From a virus (lineage: Duplodnaviria; Caudoviricetes), in IMG/VR virus record IMGVR_UViG_3300027969_000179, positions 1 to 42,290 of that record: DNA of 42,290 nt; one strand, given 5' to 3'. Below, one piece after another: positions 10,949 through 19,375 of the stretch. The notes beneath the pieces were generated by a model. That model searched no databases, was not told the DNA's origin, and saw nothing but the letters and a program-made list of their open reading frames with translations. Position 1 is the stretch's first letter; the number at the start of each line of letters is the position of its first letter. The position numbers were made by a program, and so were the translations under genes.

Positions 10949-13900
10949 CTAAATTGACTGTTTATATGCAAAAACATTCGTAAATGTGTTTGTCGGTAAT
11001 CTATCTGTTATCATATATGTGGTATTTGCAATGCTTTCCACTTTGAAATACTCATTGTTTGCAATGAATTTGCTACCCAAACCAAAGTCTGATACAAAGT
11101 TAGTTCCAGAACCAATTACTATCGGAACTAAATCTGAAAGCAATGAATCGTCAACAACATCGATTGCAGTTGCACTAAATGTTGAAAGCGGTAACGTAGA
11201 GAATCCTGCGTTTGCAGAAGAAACTGTTCCCGCAATCTTTGCGTATGTCGTATAGTCTGATGCAGTATATAGTGACGGATAAGTTGTGCCAAATGTTTCT
11301 GTGCTTAGTGGTATATCATATAGTGTGCCCGATATAGCATATCCAGACAATGCTGAAACTGGCAAGTCACCATATGGCAATGCATATCCATCAGATGCGC
11401 TTTGAATATCAATACGAATTTCATCTCTGAATATATCTGTCGGATTTCTTCTAGCAGACTGTCCACCAGAATATGGTGAAGTTGTTGCTTTAATTGTCAC
11501 ATCATGTGTCGTAGTGCCAAGATTTGTATCAAATGTAAAATCTGCTAATGTAGAGATTGGTGATGTTTGATAATCTGACAATAATAAGTTATCGTAAATT
11601 GTATATTTAAATCCATTGCCTTCAGAGCGAACAACAATCTCTCTATTTACAGATAGATTATTGAGCGATGTTGTGGTTACAGGAATTACTTTTGTATATT
11701 CTTGGTATTGTTTTGGCTGTACTGTATATATTGACCCAAACGTTGATGTTTCATATGTTGTTGAAGTTCCTTCATATACACTCTGTGGTAATATATCTGT
11801 AAATGTTTCATTAGCAACCTCACCTATTGAAATATCACCCAATTCAATCTTGTACAAGTACACAAGATTCTGTGCAGACGCAAATTTCTGAGGCGCAACA
11901 GTAGAGTATATAAAGTCAGCTTCAACGTGCATGTCAGCTAAACTTGATGCAGATTGTATGAAATCATCAAATGCTACGTTTGCTACAGCAGAAATTAATA
12001 CGGATGAATATTCGGATAACAATATGTCAGAATATTTTCTGAGTCTAGTTGCATGACCACTTAACTTATACTCTTTACTGATGTTCAAAGTTGAAGTCTC
12101 TGCAATCAATACAGGTAACTCACGATTCATCTCGGTAAATGTTGTTACCGCAACACTATTAACTTGAAGTACAATAGGAATTTCAGGTTTAATAGTTAAT
12201 GATTCTGTGGTGATAATAGATTCTAATACAGGAATTGTTCCACTAACAGCAAACGTTTCGTATCTAAGTCTTGTTGTTGTCGATAGCGTAGAAACGTCAA
12301 TTGTATTATCAATGAACAAATTCAATATAGATTGATATGCTGGATTTTCACCATACAAATCACTAAATCTTACGTCTTGTAAAACCGAAATTGGTGTTGA
12401 AATCCAATCATCACCATAGACACCAAGAGGTGTCATTCGTAAATTGCCATATGTATTGTTTCCATAACCAGGAACAATATCAAATTTAGACACAACAAAT
12501 TTTGTTGTTGGTAATGTTGCTGATGTTGCAGTAACATCAAGTTCAAATGGTGTCTGAATAATAAACGAGTGTCTAATATCACCTTGATTAATTACAACGC
12601 CAACGTCAGTAATTCCAGTTTCTTCATCGCCTTCTGGCACCAAGTGAATAACGTACTCTTGAACATCCAACAAGTCTGTATCAAGTCTGAGAACCGGTGC
12701 TTCAACTTTGATAGTCCATGTGATGTTTGAATACTCATAATCACCACCAACATAAATTCGTGCCAATATCTGCACAAGCATTCTACTAATTGCTTCATTA
12801 TTAATTAATTCTGGCGCAACATCAAGATTATTAAGAATACTAATCTCACCAAAATATGTAAGACCCGCAGGGTGAATGATTGACTTTAAGGTATTTGAAT
12901 ATGTTTGAAACGTTAAACCACTCTTAATAACATAAGAGTAATCTTGATAGTAGTATGAGTCTTGAATAATCTTATAGTCAACTTTACCATCATCGTCTAG
13001 CCAAACACCTTGTCGAATTCCAAGTCCAGAAATAACTGGGCTTAATATTGCGTTACCATCACCAACAGCGGATGCAGATGCATTAGCCGCACTATAGTTA
13101 ATACCAAAATTTGTAATTTCAACTGCACGAATAGAACCAATACCTGTGATATTATTTGCAGTATCTACTGCAATGCTTGCATTCTTACCTTGAATGTTTG
13201 TTGCAACTAGATTTGCACTTGAACCAGTCGTTGTAGAAATTGAGATTGAAGGTAGATTTGCAGAACTATATCCAGTACCAAAGTTAGTTAACTCAATACG
13301 TTTGATTGGTCCTTTTACTGACCAATCTTGATTTTTAATAATGTCGTAATAACTACCATCAGCTAACATACGTTGACCATCTTCAAATAGAAGGTCGTAT
13401 GTCGTAGTTTCTACAACAGATGCAATTTGTCCGGCTGCGTTTGCACCAGCACCACCAGTAAAGACTAACGTGTTTCCAACACCATAGTTAGAACCAGCGT
13501 TATTAATTGTGATTAACTTATCTGACAACAATCCTAATGAAGAGATTGTAGTATCTTGTAATGTGATAGAAGGTTTCTTAAAATATCCTTCACCTCTGTT
13601 GATAACAGAAACTTGAGATACTTCACCAACAGTATAGGTGTTTGCACCAGAAGTTACGCTGTATGTATTTGCAAGTGCGGTAACTTGAACAAGAAATCCA
13701 CTACCACCAGTTCCAGTATTATTAATTGTTGCGGCAGTATTTAATTGATAGCCATGCCCAATTGTATTTACAGTTAATGCACTAATTGGAGATTCTTTAA
13801 TAGAAGAAACTTTAGCTTGCGCTTCAGAGCCATCACCAGAAATGGTAATAACGTCTCCATCTTCATATCCAGAACCACCATCAACAATAGTTACACCAGA

Positions 13901-14776
13901 TATGATACCATAAATTGTTGTGACAAGGTTACTATCGTCAATGTCAACAACGTCTTCGCCAGCAGTAAAAGTACCGCTGACAAGTTTCAATGTCATTTCA
14001 GCGACTTCTCTGGAACCAATAAAGAATTTCTTAATGTCAACTACGTTTGCAAGAAACCCTGAAGACTGCCCACGAATAGTTTTATTTAAAAATAAGAAAA
14101 TATCTCTATCGTATGGTGCACCTAAAGAGTCTATGCCAGTAGCAACAGCCTCAGTTCTAATAATTTGAGTCTTTTCAAAATTACCATCAGACACACGCAG
14201 AACGTCAGTTCCAGGATAGTAAAAGTCAATGTCTTCATTGTATAAAAGTTTAAATAGAAATCTATATGATTGCTCATTACTCTTTGATTCATAAAAATCT
14301 TTGAAGTATTGTGCTACAAGTCTTTTATCGCCATAGTACGTTGAAGGTATGCTAGGATACAATTCTTCTCTAAGGTAGTCAACGTATTTGTCAACAGATG
14401 TTTCTAGTGTTTTATAGTTTAGAACATTTCCTGTGGCACGACCAACGTTATCTTTAGTGATATTGATAGTCGCTGTTGCATTTGAAGTCTGCCCCTCAAC
14501 AACTTCATTATAGTTAAATACAGTTCTTGTTGTTAACTTAACAATGATAGAGTCTGTTTTGACTTCTTTAATAATTGCAGTTGCGCCTGAAGTTGCGCCC
14601 ACAACTGTTTCTCCAACTACAAACGTTCCAGTTTTACTAGTTAACGTTAGAGTCGTTGATTGCATCCATTCATAGTAGGCTTGCATGAACAGCAAGAATC
14701 TTTCCGTATCAACGGAAGAGTTCTCACCGACAAATGAGCCTACATTTAATGACGGCTTGAAAAATGCATCATTCAT
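10949..14776 (-). CDS. gp7: Baseplate wedge initiator gp7-like with long C-terminal extension
   Basis: FLLFMQAYYEWM, KDFYESK...SYRFLFKLLY, GGSGY repeats and IQDSYYYQDYSYVIKS...IIHPAG; directly after gp6. Confidence 0.8.
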   Translation of the reverse strand: MNDAFFKPSLNVGSFVGENSSVDTERFLLFMQAYYEWMQSTTLTLTSKTGTFVVGETVVGATSGATAIIKEVKTDSIIVKLTTRTVFNYNEVVEGQTSNATATINITKDNVGRATGNVLNYKTLETSVDKYVDYLREELYPSIPSTYYGDKRLVAQYFKDFYESKSNEQSYRFLFKLLYNEDIDFYYPGTDVLRVSDGNFEKTQIIRTEAVATGIDSLGAPYDRDIFLFLNKTIRGQSSGFLANVVDIKKFFIGSREVAEMTLKLVSGTFTAGEDVVDIDDSNLVTTIYGIISGVTIVDGGSGYEDGDVITISGDGSEAQAKVSSIKESPISALTVNTIGHGYQLNTAATINNTGTGGSGFLVQVTALANTYSVTSGANTYTVGEVSQVSVINRGEGYFKKPSITLQDTTISSLGLLSDKLITINNAGSNYGVGNTLVFTGGAGANAAGQIASVVETTTYDLLFEDGQRMLADGSYYDIIKNQDWSVKGPIKRIELTNFGTGYSSANLPSISISTTTGSSANLVATNIQGKNASIAVDTANNITGIGSIRAVEITNFGINYSAANASASAVGDGNAILSPVISGLGIRQGVWLDDDGKVDYKIIQDSYYYQDYSYVIKSGLTFQTYSNTLKSIIHPAGLTYFGEISILNNLDVAPELINNEAISRMLVQILARIYVGGDYEYSNITWTIKVEAPVLRLDTDLLDVQEYVIHLVPEGDEETGITDVGVVINQGDIRHSFIIQTPFELDVTATSATLPTTKFVVSKFDIVPGYGNNTYGNLRMTPLGVYGDDWISTPISVLQDVRFSDLYGENPAYQSILNLFIDNTIDVSTLSTTTRLRYETFAVSGTIPVLESIITTESLTIKPEIPIVLQVNSVAVTTFTEMNRELPVLIAETSTLNISKEYKLSGHATRLRKYSDILLSEYSSVLISAVANVAFDDFIQSASSLADMHVEADFIYSTVAPQKFASAQNLVYLYKIELGDISIGEVANETFTDILPQSVYEGTSTTYETSTFGSIYTVQPKQYQEYTKVIPVTTTSLNNLSVNREIVVRSEGNGFKYTIYDNLLLSDYQTSPISTLADFTFDTNLGTTTHDVTIKATTSPYSGGQSARRNPTDIFRDEIRIDIQSASDGYALPYGDLPVSALSGYAISGTLYDIPLSTETFGTTYPSLYTASDYTTYAKIAGTVSSANAGFSTLPLSTFSATAIDVVDDSLLSDLVPIVIGSGTNFVSDFGLGSKFIANNEYFKVESIANTTYMITDRLPTNTFTNVFAYKQSI

Positions 14777-14778
14777 TT

Positions 14779-16596
14779 TTATCTATTGACCAAGCTAATT
14801 GATTTATCGTCAACCATTGTAACTGTAATATCAGCATCTCGAATAGAAATAATTTGACTTCTTAATGGAAGAATGTCTTTATCTTGTGGTACTGCTGTAA
14901 CTTTTAATGTTGTACTGCCATCGTTAAATGCAGTCGGTGCAAAGTTTGTTAGCACAATTTTACCTGTTGTGTAATTGATTGTTCCTGCATTGATAGAAAC
15001 TGCAATGTTATCTAAGCCCAAAACTCGGTAAATACGAATCAGGCCATTGTTGTCTTCTAAGAAGCAGTTTGAGTATCCACCAAATGTAAATGCATTTGAT
15101 GTTAATTTATTTCCAACGCCATACGCTGAAGTTGTTGGTCTGCCGTTTGTTGCATTGTCAATTGCATTTGAGAAACTAATCTCATATCGTGTACTAACGC
15201 CCAATTGAACGTCAATCTCTTTTCTCATTCGTGCAGACATGACGTTACTTAGGATAGACCTTTCAGTCGTATCAATAAGTCTAGATAATTTTGAATATCT
15301 GAAGTATTTTGAGAACTGATTAATCTCGTCTGTATTGTATGTTTTGATTGTATCAATCACAAGTTGCTTGATTTCAGCGGCACTCATAATTGTAGAATCT
15401 GATAGATACTTTACTGTTGCATCTATAATGATGTATGTGTACTCAGGGTCAACAATTTCTGATGTTACTGTTAAAATCTTTTTAGGATTGATAACAGAAT
15501 TAATTAAGTTTAATTTTTCAGTCGCAGTTAATACGTCACCAACTTTAGGCTTGACTGCAATGAATACTTTACCATATGTTGGTGGGTCATTATCTTCACC
15601 ACCCCAAACAACGCAAGAATCTACTGTCGCTTGTTGTAACATTAGAGTTTTATAGTCATCTGCTGTTACGACACGATTCTGTGCTTCATATGTTTTTGGT
15701 GCATTGAATTTAATTTGATTGATAGATTCTCTGTCTGCACCACCGGCTGCCGGATCAGTTGAAACAAAACTAATTGTTGTTACGCCAGCAATTGCGTCAG
15801 CATATGTCAACGTTTGAATGTCGTTTGCTGAAGTTCCGTTAGATACAAGATATTCAAGTACAACAATATTGCCAGCATCTAATGCGACACCAAATACACC
15901 ATCGCCAAATTTGAGTTCGTATTGTCCGTCTTCAACTTCTTCAATATAATAAACTCTAGTCGTAGAAGCAACTTCAACTAGGCTAGTAACTTTGACAAAT
16001 GTTCTTACTGTGCTATCTGTAGATGAATTTAAAACGCTAACAGTCAGAGTCGATGTGTCAACGTTTTTATTTGGAATTAAGAATCTTTGGTCAGGATCGT
16101 TTAAATTGACTGTATATCTTCTATTGATATAACGTCCTTCTTTGAGAGACATAGCCGAACTATACACACCAGATAATGGCGTGATAATTACAGAAGTAGT
16201 ATTCAAGAAGTTATATGTTGTTCCGTCTACAGAGCCTGTGAAAGAAGTGTAAGCTGGAATAGTAACATTTGTTGGCGAACCAGTAACAGTCACCGTTGCA
16301 GTACCGCTAATAGATGCGGAAGTAACTGAACGTGGTGTATAGTTTAAAGACTTGGCTAAGTTGACAACTGAATTTCTTTTCTGTGCTGTTGGCAAAAATG
16401 CTTCAGCCGCTACCATGTTAAGGTAGAATGAATTGTAGTATGTGTTATACGCTAACAAGTCTAATAGAACATTAAGTCCAGAACCCTCAAAGTTATAATC
16501 TCTGAATTGATCCTGTGCTTGTAGATAAGATTTAAAGTTAGTTTTGATTCCCTGAAAATCTAATGCATCTATTTTTAAATTATTGTCCGATGCCAT
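14779..16596 (-). CDS. gp6: Baseplate wedge subunit gp6
   Basis: LDFQGIKTNFKSYL...DYNFEGSGLNVLLDLLAYNTYY, FGDGVFG, QNRVVTADDY, WGGEDNDPPTYGKVFI. Confidence 0.92.
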   Translation of the reverse strand: MASDNNLKIDALDFQGIKTNFKSYLQAQDQFRDYNFEGSGLNVLLDLLAYNTYYNSFYLNMVAAEAFLPTAQKRNSVVNLAKSLNYTPRSVTSASISGTATVTVTGSPTNVTIPAYTSFTGSVDGTTYNFLNTTSVIITPLSGVYSSAMSLKEGRYINRRYTVNLNDPDQRFLIPNKNVDTSTLTVSVLNSSTDSTVRTFVKVTSLVEVASTTRVYYIEEVEDGQYELKFGDGVFGVALDAGNIVVLEYLVSNGTSANDIQTLTYADAIAGVTTISFVSTDPAAGGADRESINQIKFNAPKTYEAQNRVVTADDYKTLMLQQATVDSCVVWGGEDNDPPTYGKVFIAVKPKVGDVLTATEKLNLINSVINPKKILTVTSEIVDPEYTYIIIDATVKYLSDSTIMSAAEIKQLVIDTIKTYNTDEINQFSKYFRYSKLSRLIDTTERSILSNVMSARMRKEIDVQLGVSTRYEISFSNAIDNATNGRPTTSAYGVGNKLTSNAFTFGGYSNCFLEDNNGLIRIYRVLGLDNIAVSINAGTINYTTGKIVLTNFAPTAFNDGSTTLKVTAVPQDKDILPLRSQIISIRDADITVTMVDDKSISLVNR

Positions 16597-16979
16597 TATG
16601 TTGTCCTTTTGACTGTTGTTTGTAGATTTGCAATACCAGAGGCATTCTTAATTACATACTCTAATTTGATATCAAACCCATCATCCGAATAATCTATCTT
16701 TATGTCTCTTAGTGAAATGCGTTTTTCATATTTCTCAATGTCTCTTCTGAGACTATTCTTAAGTTCATACAATGTAAATACACCATTTCTAGAGAACAAA
16801 TAATTTTTAACGCTACTACCATAATCAGGCAAGAACGGGCGTGAGCCTTTTGTCGTATTGATTAAATTAGACAAAGAACGTCTAACCGCAACCTCATTTG
16901 TGATGGGACGAACGTCACCAGTCACAGGATGAGGCGTGAAGTCTAATGGTAAATCTTTGTAAAAATTAATAGTAGCCAT
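16596..16979 (-). CDS. gp25: Baseplate wedge subunit gp25
   Basis: YKDLPLDFTPHPVTGD...AVRRSLSNLINT.KGSRPFLPDYGS...YEKRI; immediately upstream of gp6. Confidence 0.9.
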   Translation of the reverse strand: MATINFYKDLPLDFTPHPVTGDVRPITNEVAVRRSLSNLINTTKGSRPFLPDYGSSVKNYLFSRNGVFTLYELKNSLRRDIEKYEKRISLRDIKIDYSDDGFDIKLEYVIKNASGIANLQTTVKRTT

Positions 16980-17001
16980 TTTTTTCTTTTATTTATGTAA
17001 G

Positions 17002-17178
17002 TTATTCTGCCGTTTTAGCGTCTTGAATTTCTTTTCTGCGTTCTTTAGCCGCTTTTGTAAACTCTGCTAATGCTTTTCTCGCTCTAGTACCAGCCGCTTT
17101 GTTTCCTTTGTTGTCAAATTTATCATTCTCCGCAAGATACGATTCAAATAAATTAACTAAGTTTTCGTGATTTGTCAT
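17002..17178 (-). CDS. Histone H1-like (Hc1-family) small basic protein, 58 aa (missed by ORF track)
   Basis: Manual translation MTNHENLVNLFESYLAENDKFDNKGNKAAGTRARKALAEFTKAAKERRKEIQDAKTAE*; GNKAAGTRARK is the Hc1-family signature; AAGGA Shine-Dalgarno upstream. Confidence 0.8.
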   Translation of the reverse strand: MTNHENLVNLFESYLAENDKFDNKGNKAAGTRARKALAEFTKAAKERRKEIQDAKTAE

Positions 17179-17197
17179 AATTATTCCTTATAAAATG

Positions 17198-17226
17198 TTG
17201 ACATTTGCTTGACATAGTGTTACACT
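17198..17226 (+). promoter_or_regulatory. Sigma70-like promoter TTGACA-N17-TACACT, antisense to gene 5
   Basis: TTGACA 17198-17203, 17-nt spacer, TACACT 17221-17226; both hexamers sit inside short palindromes. Confidence 0.55.
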
Positions 17227-17244
17227 ACTGTGTAGCCTATGATT

Positions 17245-18192
17245 TTAACCTATACCTGTAGAAGTAACCCCAAAGTCTTTGCTTAATACATCATGGATGT
17301 GAGTTCCAAGACTTGTACTTCCTGTAGTTACAATCGGTGCAGTTACAGAAACTGCACCTGTTATTGGTCCGGCAACTTCTAATATTCCAGTCACACTAAC
17401 TGAAGGTGCGGTAATTGTTGTTGCCGATGATGATTGAAGATTCAATGTACCAAGAAGCGCCTTTATACTTGCATACAATCCAGCAGTCGCAGTAAATGCA
17501 CCACCAGCAGTAATAGTGGCCGCACCACCAGCAGTAATAGAAGCAAGTCCTCCAGCAACAACGCTTGTCGCTAATGTTGATGTAATCGCTATAGATTCGG
17601 TTGCTGTTAAATTAATGTTCTTTGCATTTAAATTAATATCACCATCTACGGCTTCAACTGAAATATCATTAGTTGGTGTGTAGATTGAAATTTTTCCATC
17701 AGAACCTATATTGACTTTTGCACCAGTTTTGTGCTGAATTAATATGTGTCCATTTGCTTCACCTGAAGATTGCGTGACAACTTCAATGATGTTATTTCCA
17801 ATCTCCCAACAAACTGTATTTGCAGAATTGTTTGCAGTAGTAACCCTAGCAAAGTTTCTAATTAAATTGGGTGATGTACCAAAATACTCTGAAGCATTTT
17901 GCGGAATTGCAGGAAGATAACCTAAAATTGCAGGCTCTTGTGCAGACAATGAATCTAAGAAGAAACCAAATACCCATTCACCAACTTTAGGACTTGCGTA
18001 AAGATTCGGTGTGTTTAGAGGGTGAATAGATAGCGCCCAAGGCAAGTCTTCAGTCGGAACTAAACTAGTTGCCTTTGCAGGATGATAACCAAAACATCTT
18101 ACTTTGCATCTGCCAAGCGTCAATGGATCGTTGATATCTTCAACAACTCCAATCCACCAAACAAATCCATCCTGCCCAATAAAATTTCTCAT
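17245..18192 (-). CDS. gp5: Baseplate central spike gp5-like (OB-fold plus beta-helix, no lysozyme domain)
   Basis: FVWWIGVVEDINDPLTLGRCKVRCFGYH...LPWA...GEWVFGFFLD is the gp5 OB-fold; Ala/Gly/Thr beta-helix repeats; C-terminal HIH. Start taken as the ATG at 18192. Confidence 0.85.
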   Translation of the reverse strand: MRNFIGQDGFVWWIGVVEDINDPLTLGRCKVRCFGYHPAKATSLVPTEDLPWALSIHPLNTPNLYASPKVGEWVFGFFLDSLSAQEPAILGYLPAIPQNASEYFGTSPNLIRNFARVTTANNSANTVCWEIGNNIIEVVTQSSGEANGHILIQHKTGAKVNIGSDGKISIYTPTNDISVEAVDGDINLNAKNINLTATESIAITSTLATSVVAGGLASITAGGAATITAGGAFTATAGLYASIKALLGTLNLQSSSATTITAPSVSVTGILEVAGPITGAVSVTAPIVTTGSTSLGTHIHDVLSKDFGVTSTGIG

Positions 18193-18428
18193 CAATTTCC
18201 CATATGCTTAAAATACTGAATCTGTCTCTCTTGGTCAGCAACCCATTCATCTGATGGCTTACCTTCACCTTTATAGTAACGTAATGGTTTGCCTGTCTTC
18301 TTAGAGACTAACGCCCACTTGCCATCTACTTGCTTAAGTGTCTCAATTAATTCTGGACCGTAAACTTCTTCTTCCCACTCTTCCGTTGATAGTGTGGTGC
18401 CTTGTATAAATTCTTTAAATTTTTTCAT
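18192..18428 (-). CDS. Small putative internal head protein
   Basis: N-terminus MKKFKEFI resembles the T4 internal-protein capsid-targeting sequence; acidic propeptide ending LIE, then a basic mature region. Confidence 0.5.
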   Translation of the reverse strand: MKKFKEFIQGTTLSTEEWEEEVYGPELIETLKQVDGKWALVSKKTGKPLRYYKGEGKPSDEWVADQERQIQYFKHMGN

Positions 18429-19375
18429 AGCTTGTCTAATTCTGATGTGTCTACTGCGCCTGGAGGAACATTATCTTTAATCCAAGTCAGTAATTGCTTT
18501 TTCACATCAAGTTCTTTTTTAGCAGGTTTTCCTGGTTCTTTAAGTGTCAAATACTTAAAGTCTTTGATAACAGGATTACCCTTCTTATCTTTGTATGCTT
18601 TACCTGTTTGCGGATCAACAATGAAAATTGTATTCTCTGGATTATTTAGAATGACATAAACACCGCCTTGAACGGTTGGTGGCATAGCAGTTGTCACTAA
18701 GTTATATACAGTCTGTGCCGCACCAGCATGAGTCGCAAGCAAAATATCTTCAGGCACAACTCTTGCTCTTGATTTGTTATTCTTGATTGCAATCTGATAG
18801 TTTGTTAGAACCCAAGATACATGAATGTCTTTTGGTTGATATCCAGCTTCAAATAGTTTTGGTAAAACATCAGTCATGTCCGAAACTTCTTTGAATGTGC
18901 TATCGAAAATAAGATTTGGCAATTGACCTTTTTCAGCGCCAGCAAGCATTAAGTCTAACGTCTTGTTTTTTACGTCAGTTGCACGAATGAGAACGTGTAA
19001 AATATAAACATGAGTTGGAGTCTTAAGATTCAATTCACCCATCTTCACATTTGCATCAATCAATTCTCTCTGAATAAGTTCTTTATCTTTTTCAGAAATT
19101 TTGTTACCATATTTGTCAAGCAAATCTTGAGTTGTAAATTTACCAAGTGCATCTAGCTTCTGAAATGCAATCTTTAATTCGTCAACGTCACGTATCTTAA
19201 AATCCGAGCCTTGCATAAAATGCTGAACAGCAAAACCTTTACCTGAACCTGCACCACCAGCAAGGAACACAATCTGCCCATACTTTGCGCCATTGTTGTA
19301 AAGAATTTGCTTCTCCACAAGTTCATATGCTTTGTAGTCTTTTAACTCTACATACTCTGAAAATTTGAGTTTCAT
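18425..19375 (-). CDS. P-loop kinase (zeta-toxin/PNK-like AAA_33-type), possibly virion-packaged
   Basis: Walker A IVFLAGGAGSGKG, Walker B LIFDST, lid motif NKSRARVVPE; likely start MKLKFSEY at 19375 (ATGA overlap with the upstream stop). Confidence 0.7.
   Translation of the reverse strand: MKLKFSEYVELKDYKAYELVEKQILYNNGAKYGQIVFLAGGAGSGKGFAVQHFMQGSDFKIRDVDELKIAFQKLDALGKFTTQDLLDKYGNKISEKDKELIQRELIDANVKMGELNLKTPTHVYILHVLIRATDVKNKTLDLMLAGAEKGQLPNLIFDSTFKEVSDMTDVLPKLFEAGYQPKDIHVSWVLTNYQIAIKNNKSRARVVPEDILLATHAGAAQTVYNLVTTAMPPTVQGGVYVILNNPENTIFIVDPQTGKAYKDKKGNPVIKDFKYLTLKEPGKPAKKELDVKKQLLTWIKDNVPPGAVDTSELDKL

Noticed and set aside
370-16000. Many plus-strand ORFs of 60-233 aa antisense to the structural genes (e.g. 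1656-2357, 6007-6567)
   Set aside because: These are shadow frames of Thr/Gly/Ala/Val-rich sense genes with codon bias, with no Shine-Dalgarno or family motifs.
18192-19375. Zeta/epsilon toxin-antitoxin pair
   Set aside because: The small gene is downstream and has no epsilon-like features; both N-termini fit capsid-targeting sequences better. Not fully excluded.
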